A stretch of DNA of 64,000 nucleotides from an uncultured Clostridia bacterium (GTDB taxonomy: Bacteria; Bacillota; Clostridia; TANB77; CAG-465): the NCBI GenBank assembly GCA_944386635.1, contig CALXBV010000021.1:293-64292 (forward strand). Reading direction: 5' to 3'. Shown piece after piece: positions 60,054-64,000 of this stretch. How positions within the stretch are numbered: the first letter of the stretch is position 1; each line of letters begins with the position of its first letter. The notes under the pieces are model-generated. The model saw only the letters and a list, made by a program, of their open reading frames with translations, was not told the DNA's origin and made no database searches. A program made the position numbers and the translations under genes.

Positions 60054-61409
60054 TTATTTTATAAAATCTATTAATCTATCTGATAGTCCTATATATGTTG
60101 ATGGTTCTAGGTCTAGTAATTTTTTCTTATCTTCTATATTTATATTAAGTCCATTTATGTATTCTCTTAATATATCAATTGTAATATTTTTTCCTCTTGT
60201 AAATCTCTTTAATTGCTCATATGCATCGTTATATCCATTCTTTCTAAGTACTGTTTGTATTGCTTCTGCTAACACTTCCGGATTTTTATCCAAGTCTTCT
60301 TTTAAAACACTACTATCTATATCCATTTTTTCAAAAGCCTTTATACTTTGTACAATAGATATTAGTGTATGAGATAAACCAACACCAATATTTCTCAAAT
60401 TTGATGAATCACTTAAATCTCTTTGCATTCTTGAGACTTGCAAATTATTAGTAAAATTATCTATTACACTGTTTGCTATATGAACATTTGCCATGGAATT
60501 TTCATGATTTATTGGATTAACTTTATGTGGCATTACAGAAGAACCAACTTCTGTATTTATAACTTTCTGCTTAAAATATCTTGCACTTATATACATCCAC
60601 ATATCACTATTAAAATCTAAAGTTATGTTATTAAATAATTTTATATAACTTAAGTATTCACATAAAACATCATGTGACTCTATCTGTGTAGTTAAAGGAT
60701 TAAATTTAATACCTAAAGATTCAACAAACTCTTTATTAAACTCTATCCAATCTATATTTTCATATGCTGTTACATGAGCATTATAATTTCCTACTGCTCC
60801 ACTAAATTTTCCACAAAATTCTATTTTGGATAATTTATCTACTATATATTCCCATCTATATACAAATATAGCTAGTTCCTTTCCCACAGTAGTTGGAGTT
60901 GCTGGCTGTCCATGAGTATGAGAAAGCATTGGTACACTTCTATATTCAATTGCTTTTTCCTTAACATTATTAATTAGTTTTCTAATATTAGGTATTAATA
61001 TTTTTTCTCTACTATCTTTACACATTAAAGCGTATGCCAAATTATTAATATCTTCTGAAGTACATCCAAAGTGTACAAAGTTTTCATATTTTTCAATTCC
61101 TATTTTATCAATTTCTTCTTTTATATAATATTCTATTGCTTTTACATCATGATTTGTAATTTTTTCTATTTCTTTTACTCTGTTAGCTGCTTTTATATCA
61201 AATTTATTATATATTTTATCCACATTTTTCACTATACTATTGTCTACACTACAAATTTTACTTTGTAATATATATTTTAACCATTCAATCTCCACTCTTA
61301 CCCTATATTTTATATATGCATATTCACTAAAATATTTACTTATATTATCAGTTATATTTCTATATCTACCATCAATTGGTGATATACAAAATAGTGTATC
61401 TATATTCAT
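60054..61409 (-). CDS. purB: adenylosuccinate lyase
   Basis: 451 aa. Fumarate-lyase signature GSSVMPHKVNP. Synteny with purA. Confidence 0.95.
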   Translation of the reverse strand: MNIDTLFCISPIDGRYRNITDNISKYFSEYAYIKYRVRVEIEWLKYILQSKICSVDNSIVKNVDKIYNKFDIKAANRVKEIEKITNHDVKAIEYYIKEEIDKIGIEKYENFVHFGCTSEDINNLAYALMCKDSREKILIPNIRKLINNVKEKAIEYRSVPMLSHTHGQPATPTTVGKELAIFVYRWEYIVDKLSKIEFCGKFSGAVGNYNAHVTAYENIDWIEFNKEFVESLGIKFNPLTTQIESHDVLCEYLSYIKLFNNITLDFNSDMWMYISARYFKQKVINTEVGSSVMPHKVNPINHENSMANVHIANSVIDNFTNNLQVSRMQRDLSDSSNLRNIGVGLSHTLISIVQSIKAFEKMDIDSSVLKEDLDKNPEVLAEAIQTVLRKNGYNDAYEQLKRFTRGKNITIDILREYINGLNINIEDKKKLLDLEPSTYIGLSDRLIDFIK

Positions 61410-61419
61410 ATTAAATCTC

Positions 61420-62691
<1,272 letters not shown>

Positions 62692-62720
62692 CTATCATCT
62701 CTCCTTCTATAAAATTACAA

Positions 62721-62756
62721 GAAAAAAAGATAAGAAGGTATTTTACCTTCTTATCT
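62721..62756 (-). terminator. terminator-type hairpin inside the purA leader (candidate attenuator)
   Basis: On the minus strand, AGATAAGAAGGT-AAAAT-ACCTTCTTATCT is a 12-bp perfect stem followed by T7. It ends 30 nt upstream of the purA ATG. Confidence 0.6.
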
Positions 62757-62870
62757 TTAACGTTCAGCAAAGAAGCAAGTTTTTTATTCTTGCATTTACA
62801 ACCTAATATATATATTCTAAAATTAAGTTTTCCTTGCATTACTATATCTCCTCATAATTTTTACATAACA

Positions 62871-62899
62871 AGTATATATTAATATATCAATTTTGTCAA
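62871..62899 (-). promoter_or_regulatory. sigma-A promoter of purA-purB
   Basis: The minus strand reads TTGACA, 17 nt, then TATACT, giving a leader of about 170 nt. Confidence 0.55.
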
Positions 62900-63298
62900 T
62901 TAATTTTTTATATTTTCTTCACCATTTACATCTAATTCATCATATAAATCCTCTGTTACTTTTACACTATCATTATTTTCTAACCTTACATAATGATATG
63001 TTCTATTTCTTCCTTCAGAATTACTATCTAATTCTACATAATTATCTATCACTCTGCCTTCTTCTATATGCCATGTATCTAGTGTATTAAGACTATATTC
63101 ACATAAAAAATATAACAAAAATAAATAATACTAATAAACTACCAATTACTATATATTTATTAAGTTTTTTACCAGTCTGATTATATTTATTCTTTCCAAT
63201 AATAAGTATTATAAAAGCTACTATAACATTAATATTGTCGAAATAATAAGTACAATAATACTTGTTAATATATTATCTAGTAACATCTCTGAAACCAT
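62900..63298 (-). pseudogene. remnants of a small membrane-protein gene spread over three frames
   Basis: Fragment 1 runs from the ATG at 63298 (MVSEMLLDNILTSIIVLIISTILML-stop). Fragment 2 is in another frame (…NVIVAFIILIIGKNKYNQTGKKLNKYIVIGSLLVLFIFVIFFM-stop at 63099). Fragment 3 is the 72-aa track ORF (soluble domain). Confidence 0.3.
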
Positions 63299-63338
63299 TC
63301 GATCGGTTAATTTCCTAATAATTAACACCTCCAAATAA

Positions 63339-64000
63339 TTATTTATTATACAAAGTAGTAATACTTATCTCTGGTGGATCAAAGATTCTAATAGGTCTAG
63401 TCGAATTTCCAACTCCTCTACTTACTATCATTTTACTATTATATCTTAAATGAATACCTGCAGAAAGTCGGGTAAAAAACCAATGTTTCCTTGCAGTTGC
63501 AACTCCAATCCCAAAAATTCTTATTCCACCACCATGTAAATGTCCTGAGAAAATAAGATCAAAGCCCATTCTTGCATACACTTCAAAATCCATAGGATCA
63601 TGAGATAATAATATGTTGTAAAAACTAGTATCAATTTTACCTATAGAATCTTCATAATCTTTTTTATATGACTGTATAACTTGTTCTGTTAATTCCTTCT
63701 TAGAAGCTATATGTCTAAATCTATATGAAAGTCCATATAAATTTATTTTACTATTATCTCTTATTAGTTCTATCTTTTTATTATCTAATACTACTACACC
63801 TATATCTTGTAATTTTTCTTTAAAATCTAATAACTCTTTATTACTTAAAGCTCTTTCATGATTACCATATGTAAAATATATTTTATCTAATTGTATCTTA
63901 CTAATAAATTCTATAGCTGGTTTATAATCTCTTTTTTGCCTAATAATAAAGTCTCCTGTAATTACTATTATATCTATTTTTTCTTTACTAATTTTTTTAT
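63339..64000 (-). CDS. metallophosphoesterase (YkuE/YaeI-like), C-terminal part; gene runs off the right edge
   Basis: The frame is open from 64000 with no stop. Own translation gives …ITGDFII…YFTYGNHE…LLSHDPMDFEV…SGHLHGGG. The track shows only the last 84 aa. Confidence 0.75.
   Translation of the reverse strand, partial: KKISKEKIDIIVITGDFIIRQKRDYKPAIEFISKIQLDKIYFTYGNHERALSNKELLDFKEKLQDIGVVVLDNKKIELIRDNSKINLYGLSYRFRHIASKKELTEQVIQSYKKDYEDSIGKIDTSFYNILLSHDPMDFEVYARMGFDLIFSGHLHGGGIRIFGIGVATARKHWFFTRLSAGIHLRYNSKMIVSRGVGNSTRPIRIFDPPEISITTLYNK

Noticed and set aside
62757-62870. A purine (guanine/adenine) riboswitch in the purA leader.
   Set aside because: I could not find the conserved junction and loop strings of that class (for example the TATAAT..GGATATGG..TTTCTACC..CCGTAAAT pattern). 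Only a generic terminator and possible anti-terminator are visible.

Overview
This is a 64-kb chromosomal window from a very AT-rich, spore-forming Firmicute. Sampled 60-nt lines are mostly 8-25% GC. The Clostridia-like gene content includes spmA/spmB, cwlD, and CotJC-like, YlbF-like and Spo0E-like genes. I support about 75 protein genes, two tRNA-Arg genes, several intrinsic terminators and several sigma-A type promoters. I saw no rRNA, CRISPR array, transposase or integrase. Housekeeping blocks are intact: rsmA, lemA-htpX, dut, miaA-mutL-mutS, spmAB, tadA, cwlD, an M16 peptidase pair, rpiB, nadK and purB-purA. The parts worth a second look are: (1) 36.4-41.8 kb holds an orphan VirB4-like ATPase whose reading frame is broken twice, a TadZ/CpaE-like pseudo-receiver ATPase and a helical protein. 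A promoter drives this unit, and its architecture is repeated with identical spacing 1.3 kb away in front of an unannotated Spo0E-like gene: a 17-nt perfect repeat carrying a Spo0A box, then 21 nt, TTGAC, a 17-nt spacer with TGG, and TATAAAT. (2) A compact operon with its own promoter encodes an Lnu/KNTase-like nucleotidyltransferase, a MoaA-like radical SAM enzyme and a Nudix hydrolase, with no molybdopterin genes nearby. (3) A tandem pair of phosphoesterases resembles the archaeal PolD small subunit (DP1); one copy has intact catalytic motifs and the other has degenerate ones. (4) An Abi-alpha (DUF4393) gene abuts tRNA-Arg(ACG), which sits directly downstream of tadA, the enzyme that edits it. 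(5) A GH13 glycosidase gene of clearly foreign composition (about 40% GC) carries its own palindromic operator and a GC-rich terminator. (6) Frameshift decay appears confined to accessory genes. All functional calls come from motif reading by eye; no database search was possible.
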